Counted from the first letter of the stretch, positions 42,462 to 54,473 are shown. The stretch is 64,000 nucleotides of DNA from Octopus vulgaris (GCA_951406725.2 OX597822.1:14260001-14324000); one strand, 5' to 3'. Notes: generated from the sequence alone by a model not told the origin. Numbers and translations are program-made.

Positions 42462-43863
42462 ATGTCTGTTGAAATTATTCACGAAAGTAGTGCTCTTGAG
42501 GAGAGCAATGTTAAAAAATTTTCTGAGGTAGCCGCAGTGGCTACCGAGAAGATTGACATCGATGTCAACCAGCTCGTCGAGCTATTTAAAAGAATGCAAG
42601 AGGAGGGTGGTGATGTTAAAATATCACCCTCCGCCAGTATCGTGGAGACCGAGAAGCGGACCGTAGTGTTTAAAACTTTCTGTCCACAAAGCAGAAGGTT
42701 CAAACACTTTGAAAAAAGCACCATCGAGAAATGCCTGTCCCCGATTTGGAAGGACATCGTGTACGTCGCCAGGGGACGGGCATATGGCACTGTGGATGTC
42801 CGCTTCTCGGGGGAAGAAATGGCCCGCGGGCATTCTGTGAACCCCCTAAAAACCAAGGAGGTGGTACTTTTTCCAAGCTATAGGGGACGCAGGTCGTCCC
42901 GGGTCAGGATTGTAGAAGCCCCGCCGGACGTAGATCCGGTAGAGGTAGTGGCCGCCCTGTTATATAAAAGGGCGGACAAAATAAAAATACTAGAAGTAAC
43001 ATGCTCTACCCCTCGAATTTGGCTCGGGCGTAACATTAATATATTAATTCAAGGAACAGCGGAGGACCTGCAGCTCCTTCCTGAGAGGGTGCTCGTGGGC
43101 GAGAACGTAGCCCTCAGGGTACAGGTCGAAGGCCGAAAACCCACCTGTTACGCCTGCAACAAAAAGGGCCACATTCGTGTAGACTGTCCAGACAAGCAAA
43201 AGAAACCGCAGACACCAGGCCCCTCAGATAATAAAAAAGTCCCTACCCTTGCAAACACACCTACCCCTACAAAAACAAAAAATCCCACTCCTGCTGTTAC
43301 GGTGCCAACCCCAAAACAGACTGAAGAAAAACCCAGCCCTCGCACTCACAAACCCCTACACTATTAAAACCTCCCACCCCCCTAAAAACTGCGGCGCCTA
43401 CCGAACAAACTATTGCTACCACAGACGATACCATGGAGGTATCAGAGGGGGATTTACACCAGTTCGTAAAAGAATTCGTGCAGCATCCCCGTCCACATCC
43501 CCTACAAAAAATAATAAAAACAAAGACACACCACAGACACGGAAAAAAAAATCCCGCTCAACTGGCCCAGAAAAAGAAGACAAAAAAGAAAATGAACTCA
43601 TATTAATTGAATTCGACACACAAGACAAATACATAAACGATATTGTGGTTCAGCATCAGTCAGCAAGACTGTACAACAAATACAAAGATCGAAATAGACA
43701 CGCGTGGATTGCGGAAACAACGTTCAAACAATTAAAAGACAGACACCCAAACGCCATCCGGCATATCGCGAACTTGCCGGACTATCTGAAGAAAGAGGAG
43801 AAAGAAGGGGCCCACAAACGTGTGGTGAGGTCGGCCCCCACCTCTCCAACGAAATGTAAGTAG
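42462..43863 (+). CDS. Tx1 ORF1 (gag-like CCHC zinc knuckle), interrupted by two apparent 1-bp deletions
   Basis: CYACNKKGHIRVDC knuckle. Adding one A to the run at 43327-43331 and one G to the run at 43447-43451 gives one 467-aa frame ending 16 nt before ORF2. Confidence 0.8.
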
Positions 43864-43879
43864 AACCTTTACTTTTGTA

Positions 43880-46800
43880 ATGGCTTCGCTTAACCTTGGT
43901 TGTTTAAATGTGCGTGGTCTGAGTTCGAAGTGGAAGCAGGCTTGTTTCCTCGACGACCTCAGATCACATGATATACATGTGATGGTTGCTACAGAGACCA
44001 AGCTGGACAGCCTACAAACCTTCTCGCCTCTCCTGAATGGCTACGAGAAAATCATGTCTCCTGGCCAGACCGGAGGGCGAGGGGGCGTAGTGGTACTGAT
44101 CCGTAAAGACTTGGCTCTACAGACAAGTACAGTCTATGTAGACCCAGAAGGTGGGCTGGTCGTCCTTGATGTGACATACAGCAGTAAGGCCTTCAGGTTA
44201 ATCGGACTCTATGCACCTTGTGCTAGAGGTTTCCAAACTGATTTTTATCGGCGCCTAGAGGGCTTTCTCGTGACGTCGAAGACTTTAGTGATATTAGGGG
44301 ACTTTAATGCTATCGTTGACGTACACATCGATAGCGTTGGCTCGATCTATAGGAAAGTGAACTCACGTCTCGTGGATCTGCTTAAGCGGTTTCAGCTAGC
44401 AGATCGTTACAGACTTGACCATCCGAACGTCCCAGAGTGGACCTGGATGAGTGGCGACGGAAGGTTCAAGTCTTATCTAGACAGGATAGTGATAAGAACT
44501 AGAGATAAGTCTAGTTTTAGTTGTCCACAGCTCGTCCAGGTGCCCTATACTGACCATAGAATGGTCACGTGTAGACTGGACATAGATAGCACGCTTAAGA
44601 TAGGAACCGGCTACTGGAAGCTGAACAAGTCTATTTTGACACGCGAGGCATACCGTAGCCGGATTAAGGTGTTAGTGCAGAGGGCGTTAACCGGAGCCGT
44701 GGTTAATAACCGGTGGTGGTTCACCCTCAAAAGAGCCATTCGATTCGAGTCCATTAGATTTAGTAAACAACTAAGACTAGATAGGGCTAGAATAGAAGGG
44801 CAACTAGTTAAGAACTTAGAGGAGGCGTTGAGGTTGGGCTCTGCATCTCACATTTTAGCGGCGAGAACGGCATTAGACCGTCACCTCAAAACCAAACATG
44901 AGGGATGTAGAGTCCGGGCTAAAGTACGAGCATTGGGCCGTGAGGGAATTAATGTTGCCGGATGGGCCCGTACGATAAAAACACAGCGTGGAAACGATGC
45001 CACAATTGGGTCTCTTGTTGATGAAAACGGATGCACGATCAAGAAGCGGGACGAGATGTGTGAGGCACTCCACAAGCACTTCGCCGAGTTGTTCGGGAGG
45101 TGCGGGACGCTGGATCATGGTGAGGCCCTTAGGGACTCCCTGTCTGGTGGCCCGCGCCTCTCGACACGAGAGGCTGAGTGCTGTGAAGGGCCAATCACAG
45201 CCGAGGAAGTAATCGAGGTGTTGGGCAAGTGCCCCGGGGAGAAGTCGCCGGGTCTCGATGGTCTGCCCTATGAATTTTATAGAAGTATGCCAAACTTGTT
45301 CGGGCACCTGCTGGCTAGCGTCTACGCCAACTGGCAGCAGAATGGGAGAATTCCCAAGTCTGCGAGCCGGGGGGCGGTGACCTTGATCAGGAAGGACCCG
45401 AACAAGGGGGACGAGATAGGGAACTTCAGGCCCATAACTCTGTTAAACACAGAGTTAAAGATTCTGGCCAAGGTGCTAGCAAAAAGGTTGGCGCGGGTCG
45501 TGGACAAACTTGTCGGGGAAGCGCAAACGTGCGCTATCCCCGGCAGAACGATCCACGACAATCTCCACCTTATACGCTACTCCTTAGAGAGGGTGGGGAA
45601 GCTTTCTGGCGCAGGGGGAGCACTGGTACATTTAGACCAGTCCAAAGCATTTGATAGGGTCGACCATCGGTACCTGGCGGCGGTCCTCGGAGAGGCTGGC
45701 CTAGGCCCGACCTTTCGAGGTTGGATCGCTGCTTTGTATAGCGACATCGAGTCTGTAGTCAAGGTGAACGGTTCCTTTTCGAAGCCGTTCAGGATCGAGC
45801 GTTCAGTTCGTCAAGGGTGTCCCCTGTCCTCGCTCCTATACGTATTGGCTCTTGAGCCTTTGCTGCGGAAGTTGGAGGCACTAGGGGGCGCGCCGCATGA
45901 TCTATGGTGTGGAAGAGGAGCTACGGCGTATGCGGATGACACCTCCATCATCGTGGCAGACGAAGGCCAGCTTCCAGTGGTGGAAGAGGCCATAAAAAGC
46001 TACGAGGCGGTGGCAGGAGCAAAGGTTAACAAGGACAAGTCGGTCGGTTTGCAACTCGGCACCTGGAGGGGCAAGCCGATGCCGTCCAATAACGTCGTAG
46101 GGCGTTGGACGGAAGGTCCTGTTAAGCTGCTCGGAGTCTGGTTCGGGCCAGACCTCCAGATTGAGAAAAATTGGAGTGAGGTGGCCAACAAGGTGACCGC
46201 TCTAACCCAGACCTGGTCTGGGCGGGCGTTATCCCTGCTAGGGAAGGCGGAGGTGGTGCAGATGTTTATAGCATCAGTAATCACCTACCGTCTGACCGTG
46301 GTGCCTTGCCCCGATTTGTGGCTGAACAAGTTGGAGAGAATCCTTTTCCGATTTTTGTGGAAAGGAGGAAAGCCACTTGTAAAGCGCTCTGTCTGCTGCC
46401 AGAAACCGCTAAAGGGTGGGCTAGGGATGCCTTGGCTGAGGATGCGAAAACTCGCGTTAAGGTTGAGGCACCTCTGGCTTTACCTGGATGGAGAGCAGGT
46501 GTGGTCGCCGCACGTCCGGTTCTACCTTCCCCAGTTAACATCCCTAACGGACATCGGTGCATGGATCAAGCGGAGACCTAAACTGAGTGAATGGCATTTG
46601 GAGTGCCGTCAGGCGCTCCAGCTACTATCTCGGGTGGGCAACGCCGGCAACAGGAGTTCCACCACGGATTTCTATAGCGGGTTAGTGGAGATTAAGTCCG
46701 AAGACGCCTTGGGGGAGACCCTGGGCTACGATGAAAATCAGTTGATCAACCTGTTCCGGAGGACGTTCGGACCGGGGTATCTGGATAATTACCAGAAATC

Positions 46801-47281
46801 CCTAGCCTGGCAGTGTTTCCGTGCGGCTTTACCTGTTCGCGACAAGCTGTCAAGGCACGGTAGTGCCGTCTCGCCGACATGCCCGCGATGTGAGCAGGAT
46901 AGGGAGACCGTCTTGCACGCATTCGTGGAGTGTCCGGAGTTATCGGGACTGATAGCTTTTGTAGAACAACTGTTGTCAGTGATGGGAAGAGTACAGCTAT
47001 CAGCTGAGTCTATCATCGAGATTGTGCCGCCCCCTTTCCTTAACAGGGAAAGAAAGGCTTGTTTTTTCTGTGTAGTAGCCATACTGAAAGAAACAGTATG
47101 GAAGACGCGTACGAAAGGTATAGTGACAGGCACCTTTGTCTCCGGCCAGGGGTTGATTAACTTTTTTAGTTACCACCTCAGTAGCAAAATCAGGCTGGAG
47201 AAGAGGTGTCTGTCACGAGATATGTTTGTGAAAAGATGGAAGCCTGTGGCATACAAGATGGGTATGTTTGGCACCAGGTAA
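43880..47281 (+). CDS. Tx1 ORF2: APE endonuclease, reverse transcriptase and C-terminal CCHC, 1133 aa, uninterrupted
   Basis: LNVRGL, ETK, GDFN, YLDRI, TDH (APE). KSPGLDG, FRPITLLN, DQSKAFD, RQGCPLS, YADD (RT). CPRC-x8-H-x4-C. Confidence 0.97.
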   Translation: MASLNLGCLNVRGLSSKWKQACFLDDLRSHDIHVMVATETKLDSLQTFSPLLNGYEKIMSPGQTGGRGGVVVLIRKDLALQTSTVYVDPEGGLVVLDVTYSSKAFRLIGLYAPCARGFQTDFYRRLEGFLVTSKTLVILGDFNAIVDVHIDSVGSIYRKVNSRLVDLLKRFQLADRYRLDHPNVPEWTWMSGDGRFKSYLDRIVIRTRDKSSFSCPQLVQVPYTDHRMVTCRLDIDSTLKIGTGYWKLNKSILTREAYRSRIKVLVQRALTGAVVNNRWWFTLKRAIRFESIRFSKQLRLDRARIEGQLVKNLEEALRLGSASHILAARTALDRHLKTKHEGCRVRAKVRALGREGINVAGWARTIKTQRGNDATIGSLVDENGCTIKKRDEMCEALHKHFAELFGRCGTLDHGEALRDSLSGGPRLSTREAECCEGPITAEEVIEVLGKCPGEKSPGLDGLPYEFYRSMPNLFGHLLASVYANWQQNGRIPKSASRGAVTLIRKDPNKGDEIGNFRPITLLNTELKILAKVLAKRLARVVDKLVGEAQTCAIPGRTIHDNLHLIRYSLERVGKLSGAGGALVHLDQSKAFDRVDHRYLAAVLGEAGLGPTFRGWIAALYSDIESVVKVNGSFSKPFRIERSVRQGCPLSSLLYVLALEPLLRKLEALGGAPHDLWCGRGATAYADDTSIIVADEGQLPVVEEAIKSYEAVAGAKVNKDKSVGLQLGTWRGKPMPSNNVVGRWTEGPVKLLGVWFGPDLQIEKNWSEVANKVTALTQTWSGRALSLLGKAEVVQMFIASVITYRLTVVPCPDLWLNKLERILFRFLWKGGKPLVKRSVCCQKPLKGGLGMPWLRMRKLALRLRHLWLYLDGEQVWSPHVRFYLPQLTSLTDIGAWIKRRPKLSEWHLECRQALQLLSRVGNAGNRSSTTDFYSGLVEIKSEDALGETLGYDENQLINLFRRTFGPGYLDNYQKSLAWQCFRAALPVRDKLSRHGSAVSPTCPRCEQDRETVLHAFVECPELSGLIAFVEQLLSVMGRVQLSAESIIEIVPPPFLNRERKACFFCVVAILKETVWKTRTKGIVTGTFVSGQGLINFFSYHLSSKIRLEKRCLSRDMFVKRWKPVAYKMGMFGTR

Positions 47282-47509
47282 GTGTGACCGGATCAGAAAG
47301 TAAAGGTTCTACCCGGATGGCTGGGTGTCCGTCCTTCGACATGATCATTAATATTTTTAAACATTGCCTTCGTAAAATTCATTGTTTATAATCTTATCCG
47401 TAATTTCATTCGAAAATTGTAACTGTGTTAAGCTACTTCACCCTTTATATTTGTCTGTCCTTGTTTGTCCCCTCTTTGTAAATGCCTAAATGGCAAATTA
47501 TATGAAATA

Positions 47510-47647
47510 AAGTAGCTTGCTAACCAACCACATGGTTCCGGGTTCAGTCCCACTGCGTGGCATCTTGGGCAAGTGTCTTCTGCTATAGCCCCAGGCCGAC
47601 CAATGCCTTGTGAGTGGATTTGGTAAACGGAAACTGAAAGAAGCTTG

Positions 47648-47700
<53 letters not shown>

Positions 47701-47933
47701 TGTGTGTGTATATGTTTGTGTGTCGGTGTTTGTCCCCCTAGCATTGTTTGACAACCGATGCTGGTGTGTTTACGTCCCCGTCACCCAGCGGTTCGGCAAA
47801 AGAGTCCGATAGAATAAGTACTGGGCTTACAAAGAATAAGTCTCGGGGTCGATTTGCTCGACTAAAGGCGGTGCTCCAGCATGGCCGCAGTCAAATGACT
47901 GAAACAAGTAAAAGAGTAAAAAGAGTAAAAGAG
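47510..47933 (+). mobile_element. 3' part of the host SINE A, starting with the right TSD (47510-47525)
   Basis: Continues the family A sequence exactly from the duplicated 16-mer. Confidence 0.93.
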
Positions 47934-48178
47934 TATATATATATTATATATATATATACATATACATATATTATATTAAATTAGAGATAAAACCACTATT
48001 AGGCAAATCAAGCAGTGAAAATCATAAGCCAATACGTAGAAAAAAATTAATTAAAAAAATATAAAGTATAAATATAAAAAATATAAAATATGAAATTCCA
48101 AATTAAAATATTTAAATTAAAGTTAAAATTTTAAAAATTATTTAAATAATTTAAACTTATAAATTTTAAATATATATA

Positions 48179-48594
48179 TAGGCGCAGGAGTGGGTGTGTG
48201 GTAAGTAGCTTGCTAACCAACCACATGGTTCCGGGTTCAGTCCCACTGCGTGGCATCTTGGGCAAGTGTCTTCTGCTATAGCCCCGGGCCGACCAATGGC
48301 TTGTGAGTGGATTTGGTAGACGGAAACTGAAAGAAGCCTGTCGTATATATGTATATATATATATATATATGTGTGTGTGTATATGTTTGTGTGTCTGTGT
48401 TTGTCCCCCTAGCATTGCTTGACAACCGATGCTGGTGTGCTTACGTCCCCGTCACTTAGCAGTTCGGCAAAAGAGACGATAGAATAAGTACTGGGCTTAC
48501 AAAGAATAAGTCCCGGGGTCGATTTGCTCGACTAAAGGCGGTGCTCCAGCATGGCCGCAGTCAAATAACTGAAACAAGTAAAAGAGTAAAAGAG
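48179..48594 (+). mobile_element. SINE family A, young subfamily, uninterrupted (shows the empty site)
   Basis: Contains a single GGTAAGTAGCTTGCTAACCAACCAC. Confidence 0.93.
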
Positions 48595-48811
48595 TATATA
48601 TATATATATATACATACATATATATGAAATGTGATAGTTGGGTAGAGAGATACATATACAAGATAACAGGTAACATGTTTGCGTATGAAATCATATGAAA
48701 GAGCACTCAGTTCTTTTTAGTGGAGAGAATAGATTTATACACACATATACATTACTAGATACATGCTTATATATATAGATATATGTGTATGCATGTGTGT
48801 GTGCATTTATG

Positions 48812-48845
<34 letters not shown>

Positions 48846-48847
48846 TG

Positions 48848-48884
<37 letters not shown>

Positions 48885-49126
48885 CATATATATATATATA
48901 TATATATATGTGTATATTTATACTCGTATAAACACATATACATATATATATATATGTGTATATTTATACTCGTATAAACACATATACATTTAAATACATA
49001 ACCATGACGTTCAGCTTGCTGCATGGATGGGTGAGAAGTCAATAATCCGATACCAGTGGATATTTAGATAAACGTAGAGTTAAAAAGGTTAAATGAGTTG
49101 TATATATGTGTGTGTGTATGCATATG

Positions 49127-49186
<60 letters not shown>

Positions 49187-50119
49187 TTTTCGTATGTATG
49201 TAAGCATGTATATGCATGTACGTATATATATTTGTGTGTGTGTATTCATAATTGGTCACTTTAGTCACGGTTATTTGAAAACGAGAAAAAAGGTGTTTAT
49301 TCTTGTTTCATCTCCCTCTTTAACCCAGGTAACAATCGTCGGTCACTGATTGGGAGATAATTATCTTTGTGGTCCATTAATCAACAATTAGAGTAATTTA
49401 GATATTGAATCCATGCAAAATCCCCTCAAAACCTAACGGACCCACCTGGATTAGTAAATAACGACGGTTCACCTCAAGTCCTTTTTTTATTATTATTATT
49501 TAAATTTTTTCTGTCTGTAGTGATTTTTTTGTATTTTTTTTCTTCGTTTTAATGTGTTTCTGCTTTGTTAAGTTCGTGATATTGGATAAGGTCATAGTCC
49601 GTGGAGAGAAAATTAATTTAATCTCTCCCTCTCTGTTTTTGTTCATCTCTGACTATCTACCTCTCTCGCTCTCTGTGTGTCACCCTCTCTCTCTCTCGCT
49701 GTCTCCCTCTCTTTATCTGTATTTCTCTTTCACCCTCTCTAACAAAAGGTCAGTGCTTAAAACATCGGGCTACAATCTTACCCAGCCATTTACTCAATCT
49801 CACAAACATCACCGACGCGGTCCACCACTTATTTCCCGGTCTACCGTTTTCAGTAAGCATCTACGAGGTCACTACACCTGTTAGAAATAGCAACCAAATC
49901 ATATAATTTTCCGCCCCAAACTTAAGGGAAAAAATCAAGTTATATTGGAGAGCGTGGGTTGAAGGTACTCTGCTCATAGGGAAAAAATAGGGTGGTCACG
50001 GCTAGAAAGATTTTGTTCGTAGATTTGGCTGGTTAAGGCTCGACCTGGGTTTAAGCATGAACAAAAGCAACCTGTTACTTCGCTCTTTGTCTTTTATCAG
50101 TTTAGCTAGCCAAGTGATA

Positions 50120-50440
50120 GGAGGCGCATAGCTTAAGGGTTTGGGAATTCGGCTTAGGATTGTAAGGTCGTGAGTTCGATTCCTGGCGTCGTGTTGTGTC
50201 CTTGAGCAAGACGCTTTATTTTCACGTTGCTCTAGTCCACTCAGCTGGCAAAAATGAATCGTTCCTGTATGTCAAAGTGTCAAACCAAATCACATTCTGA
50301 GTCACACTGAACCTCCCGGAGAACTACGTTAAGGGTACGCGTGTCTGTGGAATACTCAGCCACTTTCACGTTAATTTCATGAACAGGCTATTCTGTTGAT
50401 CGGATCAATTGGAACCCTCGTCATCGTAAGCGACAGAGGG
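50120..50440 (+). mobile_element. SINE family C (long-tail variant)
   Basis: tRNA head with GAGTTCGATTCC. Body shared with 4195-4440. Confidence 0.8.
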
Positions 50441-50815
50441 CCATTTATATTTAAACAGACACACACGAACACCAACATATATGGGGCGAGGGAAGGAAAA
50501 AAGTTAAGGCTTATGGATGGGGGATTTGAACACAGGCTGTGCAGGGCCGCAACTAAATACCGCAAAAAAGTTCTTTAATTGCTTCTACAGCTGGTGCAGC
50601 AGTTACCTATAGTTCAAATCTTTCTCCACAAATAACGAATTTCTTTCTTACATCGAGATAAAATAACTCTACACAAGAGGAGAATATAATCCAGCCTCAA
50701 TATATTGCAGCTAGGCTTTTCTTTTATTGAAAAACAAGGTTATCTTCGGCAGGATTTGAACTGAGTATTTCAAAGGATGTTAGCTATGCTAGATTCCATT
50801 CTCTATGTTGCCCTT

Positions 50816-51031
50816 AAGGCGGCGTGCTGGCAAAATTGGAGCACGCCGGGCGAGATGCTTAGCGGTATTTCGTCTGCCGCTACGTTCTGAGTTCAAATTC
50901 CGCCGAGGTCGACTTTGCCTTTCATCTTTTCGGGGTCAATAAATTAAGTAGCAGTTGCGTTCTGGGGTCGATCTAATCAACTGGTCCCCACCCCCGAAAT
51001 TTCAGGCCTTGTGCCTAGGGTAGAAAAGAAT
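50816..51031 (+). mobile_element. SINE family B, alternative tail (another copy at ~55495-55710)
   Basis: AAGGCGGCGTGCTGGC head, GCGGTATTTCGTCTGCCGC and GCCTTGTGCCTAG tail. Confidence 0.88.
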
Positions 51032-51096
51032 TGTTAGCACGTTGGATGAAATGTTTAGCGGTGTTTCGCTTGTCCCTACGTTCTGAGTTGAAATCG

Positions 51097-51183
<87 letters not shown>

Positions 51184-51756
51184 TCTCTCTTTTTGAACAA
51201 ATTTTTGTTACATTTAGTATCTTATCAAAATTAGGACGGTAGGTGTTGCCAGTAACATAAATATATGGAGTCTTTGATTTTAGGAAAACCGCACCAGGAT
51301 TCCACCGTGTCTGAGAACATTTACTCATGGGTATATCTTCCACATATAGAATGCATTTACTTACATGGGCACTTGTTGAGCAAGTGGAGAATTATGGGCA
51401 CCTGATACTATTCTAAATGTCAAATGCTTATTGTTGGTCTTCTACAGCCATCTCTGTCTTGATCTAAGACTCTGGTAAGTATTTCTGATAAATGACGACT
51501 CAGTGTTTGGTTATCGAGTATAAGGAACAATAATCGTCATTTTTATTGCGGCTGTGAGTGGGGAGGGGTTTTGTTGAGAACATTTTCTCCAATACGCGAC
51601 TGTTATTAGTTATAGGGTCTCAGAAGAAAGAAAGGCGCGGACAGATCTTGAACTTAGAACACCTGTACTTTGCCTTATTTTGTCACGGATCTTCAACTCT
51701 TGATGGAATCGTGGAAGCATCGTCATGATATATGATGTCCCGGGTATTTTAGTTCT

Positions 51757-51826
<70 letters not shown>

Positions 51827-51896
51827 TATCATTATTATTATTATTATTATCATTATCGTTATTATTATTGTTATTATTATTATTATCATTATCATT

Positions 51897-51965
<69 letters not shown>

Positions 51966-52308
51966 GCCTTTGCATAGCTTCTAACGCTGGCGATGTACTA
52001 CGGTGTCAGCTGTTCACTACCAGTGAACTAAGGTAACACCTCTTATTTTTCGTGCACCATCCGGAGTATTCGAGCGGTTCCAAGCAGTGCTATTTTCTGC
52101 AAGTGCTACACCCTTATTGCAGCTCCTATTTGTTCCATGTATTTCTCAAGATTTTCACTCACTGTTCCCAGGGTCCCGAAAATTATTGGTACTACTAATA
52201 CCTTTTTCATCGACCACAACTGTTTAGCCTCCCAAGCTAACCTTTCATATTTATCGACTTTTCTTTCTTCCTTATCATATAACCTTGTTGTCAGTTGAGC
52301 ATGCTACT
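51966..52308 (-). mobile_element. Dong/R4-clade 3' fragment ending in (TAA)n
   Basis: KVDKYERLAWEAKQLWSMKKVLVVPIIFGTLG...LQKIALLGTARILR. The 3' UTR abuts the (ATT)n tract at 51760-51965. Confidence 0.85.
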
Positions 52309-52472
52309 CTCCCAGAGTATCGTTACATTTCCATCCTCCTGCAAATCTTTACTTGGTACATGCTCATACCAGTTCTCTGTTACTTCATATTAGTATTTAC
52401 GGCTTAAGAGCCAATGAAGATGCACAGACACTTCATCCTGGTGGCGCTTGTATTCCTTTTGTGCAATTATTA

Positions 52473-52545
<73 letters not shown>

Positions 52546-53942
52546 CATTCAGTAGTTTTATTTTTATAACGTGCTTTCACTTCACTACCGAGCGCAGCTC
52601 TGTGTGCCTTGGGTATGTGCTGTTTTTTGTTGTGATGCTCTGATGGTTACTGTATTGAAAGTGTTCTGCGTAGGATGTGTGCAGTGCCTAGTAGTGCAAT
52701 TTTCTGTATGTTATATGAGTTTGTAAGTCCTGGTGTTTTTGTTATGTATTTGTCTGAATATTTTTTTATCATGCCCAATGCACCTACTATGATAGGAATT
52801 ATTTCTGTTTTTAGATTCCACATTCGAGTTACCTCTATTTCCAGGTCTTTGTATTTTGAAAGTTTCTCCATTTCTTTTAGAGACACGTTGTCATCTGCTG
52901 GTATTGATACATCAATTAGAAAGCATTTTTTTCTTTCATGATATCTGATAACTATATTTGGTCTGTTGGCCTTAATTTCTCTATCTGTGTGTATTGGCAT
53001 ATCCCAGAGTATGGTTGCTTTCTCGTTTTCTGTGACCTTTTCTGGTGTGTGCTTATACCATCTTTTTTCTGTTGTTATTCCATAATGTTGGCATAACTTC
53101 CAATGTATGTAGGTTCCAACTCTGTCATGTCTGTGAATATATTCCTTCTTAGCCAGGACTGGGCAGCTAGAGATAATATGATTTATTGTTTCTTGTCCAT
53201 CTCCACATATTCTGCAGTTACTTGTTATATTTCTTTTCATTACATGTTTTTGGTAATTTCTGGTGGGGAGGCTTTGGTCTTGTGCTGCAATTAAAAATCC
53301 TTCTGTCTCTGCTTTGAGTCCTGAGCTTCTCAACCACTGCTGAGATTTTTCTTTGTCTATTTCTTTTGCATTTGGTTTAGTCTAGTACCTGCCATGAAGG
53401 GGCTTTTCTTGCCATCATTTTATCATGGTCCGTTGCTGTTCTAGTTTTAGTTTTGATTTCATTTGCTTTATAGCTTTTGCTGTGTTTTCTTCGTCTTCTT
53501 CTTCTTCTTCTTCTTCTTCTTCTTCTTCTTCTTCTTCTTCTTCTTCTTCTTCTTCTTCTTCTTCTTCTTCTTCATCTTCTTCTTCTTCTTCATATTTGTT
53601 AGGTGGTATGATTTCTTGTTTGTATTTGTCAGCTTCCTTAAATACTGAGAACAATTTTTTGTTTTACTCGTGTTTTGCCTCTATTTGTATCAGTTTTCCT
53701 TGCTTCTGAAGTAGATATTTTTGCAGTCCTATGGTGGTTATTTTATAGTAGTTTTCCAGCTTCTGCCACCTTCAATACGTTGTATATATAGCCTTTCTGT
53801 CAGATTTTGGATGATGCATCCTAGATCCTGTCATTATTTTTCTTGTTTTCCTATCTATTTTGGTTAGTTCATTTAGCGTCCAGTTAAGGATATTGTAGCT
53901 GTAACTTATAACTGGGACGGCTAAAGTGTTAATACCTATTAC
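52546..53942 (-). mobile_element. Dong/R4-clade 5'-truncated element (RT end, CCHC, restriction-like endonuclease) ending in (TAA)n
   Basis: ORF 52647-53333: ETEGFLIAAQDQ, CRICG..ETINHIISSC, RHD, ILWD, RPNI (catalytic PD changed), IDVSIP, EKLSKY, PIIVGALG. Confidence 0.92.
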
Positions 53943-54359
53943 CAACAGTATGTGCGCGATATGCTGATCTCATATCAAGATAAACAGCACATGACCTTGC
54001 AGGTGGGGCCCAGTTAGAATTTTCTTCTGGTTGAGTAGCCCATCCCACTCAAAAGGTCCCTGAATAAGGGTTGTTTAAGGATGTTGAACGAAACACCCAT
54101 GTTTCCAGAGGTGAATTATTCACACCCCAAAGAATTCCTCACAACACATGGCTATGATCAGAGATGCACATATCGTCAGCCACTAAGGGACATGCTCAAC
54201 TGGTTAAGGTCAAACAACTGACAAGCAAATCTGTGGTATTGAGCAGAATATTTGCTGTAGATCACCTTTTATACCAAGACAAAACAATGTACATGATAAC
54301 ACTTCCAATTAGTTAAGATCAGAAGCCACGAGAGCCACTGCCTGGTATTACATCAGGGT
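53943..54359 (-). mobile_element. Non-coding (TAA)n-associated element, copy 3 (5' part fused to a Dong ORF)
   Basis: Reverse complement of 36001-~36441. Upstream flank is (AAT)n(AAG)n. Confidence 0.88.
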
Positions 54360-54411
54360 ATTTCTTCTTCTTCTTCTTCTTCTTCTTCTTCTTCTTCTTC
54401 TTCTTCTTCTT

Positions 54412-54473
<62 letters not shown>

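Larger units (their letters stand above)
42073..47509 (+). mobile_element. Full-length Tx1-clade (L1 group) non-LTR retrotransposon, ~5.44 kb
   Basis: 5' UTR, ORF1 with a zinc knuckle, APE-RT-CCHC ORF2 and a 3' UTR ending at AATAA(A). 16-bp TSD AAGTAGCTTGCTAACC. Confidence 0.95.

Noticed and set aside
44873-47133. Antisense and alternative-frame ORFs within Tx1 ORF2
   Set aside because: Expected shadows of a GC-rich coding sequence.
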